25,619 nt of DNA. Source: a virus (lineage: Duplodnaviria > Caudoviricetes). Numbering within the stretch: position 1 is the first letter of the stretch; each line of letters starts with the position of its first letter. Under the pieces are notes generated by a model, which worked only from the letters and a program-made list of their open reading frames with translations, was not told the DNA's origin and searched no databases. The DNA is taken from IMG/VR virus record IMGVR_UViG_3300029823_000017, positions 1-25,619 of that record; one strand, 5' to 3'. The position numbers were made by a program, and so were the translations under genes. Positions 24,983 to 25,619 of this stretch are shown here, piece after piece.

Positions 24983-25619
24983 GTGGAAAAAGCTTATAAG
25001 TACAGGATATATCCTACTAAACAGCAAGAAATATTAATTCAAAAGACTTTTGGTTGTTGTAGGTTTGTGTATAATCAATATCTTGCTAAACGTATTGAAT
25101 TATATAAACAAAATAAATCTACCATGAACTATAATGCTTGTAGTAATGATTTGAAAAGATTGAAACAAGAATTTAAATGGTTAAAAGAAATTGATTCAGT
25201 TTCAATTCAATCCTCTCTTAGAGATTTAGATATTGCTTATCAAAATTTCTTTAGACGAGTTAAACAAGGAGATAAGAAAGCAGGTTTTCCTAAGTTTAAA
25301 AGCAAAAAATATAATAAGAAATCATATAAAACAAAGTTTACTAATGGAAATATTCAAGTATTAGATACTAAGATTAAACTTCCTAAATTGGGGTTAGTAA
25401 AATGCAAGGTATCTAAACAAATTCAAGGTAGAATACTTAATGCAACAATATCGCAAAATCCATCTGGTAAATATTTTGTATCCGTATGTTGTACTGATGT
25501 AAATGTTCCACAATATTCATCTACTTCGGCTGTTGTTGGTATTGATTTAGGTATTAAAGAATTTGCTATAACTTCTGATGGACAACATATTAAGAATCCC
25601 AAGTATCTTGCAAAATCAG
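24983..25619 (+). CDS. tnpB: RNA-guided endonuclease TnpB, 5' partial
   Basis: SD GAGGTG, GTG start; AYKYRIYPT...FGCCRFVYN, GFPKFKSK, SGKYFVS, RuvC-I VGIDLGIKEFAITSDG; runs off the window. Confidence 0.95.
   Translation, partial: MEKAYKYRIYPTKQQEILIQKTFGCCRFVYNQYLAKRIELYKQNKSTMNYNACSNDLKRLKQEFKWLKEIDSVSIQSSLRDLDIAYQNFFRRVKQGDKKAGFPKFKSKKYNKKSYKTKFTNGNIQVLDTKIKLPKLGLVKCKVSKQIQGRILNATISQNPSGKYFVSVCCTDVNVPQYSSTSAVVGIDLGIKEFAITSDGQHIKNPKYLAKS

Larger units (their letters stand above)
24436..25619 (+). mobile_element. IS200/IS605-family element (tnpA + tnpB), right end outside the window
   Basis: Starts after TTTAT (24431-24435); subterminal hairpin CCCGTGAC-TTTA-GTCATGGG; co-oriented tnpA and tnpB. 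Confidence 0.95.

Noticed and set aside
1-25619. Stop-codon reassignment
   Set aside because: TAA, TAG and TGA all end intact genes and coding density is high under the standard code.
24436-25619. IStron (intron-IS605 chimera)
   Set aside because: No group I core lies between the left end and tnpA; the intron at 1-190 is separate.

Overview
AT-rich segment of an SPbeta-like (YonO-type) temperate phage or prophage of a low-GC Firmicute, probably clostridial. All credible genes are on the + strand. Order: 3' end of a group I intron; last exon of a single-subunit double-psi-barrel RNA polymerase (DTDGD motif); Zn-finger gene; YonK-like and YonJ-like genes; HU; tRNA-Gly; Hsp20-like gene; terminase small and large subunits; portal; protease/scaffold; decoration; major capsid; neck and tail-tube genes; RusA; two free-standing endonucleases; tyrosine recombinase; PIN-PhoH; and the left part of an IS605 element (tnpA, tnpB). 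The main finding is two ~211-bp non-autonomous derivatives of that IS605 family. They have lost both proteins but keep both TnpA end hairpins and an apparently intact, covarying TnpB omegaRNA scaffold, each with a different phage-derived guide. Also notable: the intron sits directly before the RNAP catalytic motif, several genes seem to start at ATA/ATT, the tRNA-Gly is atypical, there is a nested scaffold start, and there is a probable RuvC-like gene remnant. All family calls come from motif and synteny recognition; no searches were run.
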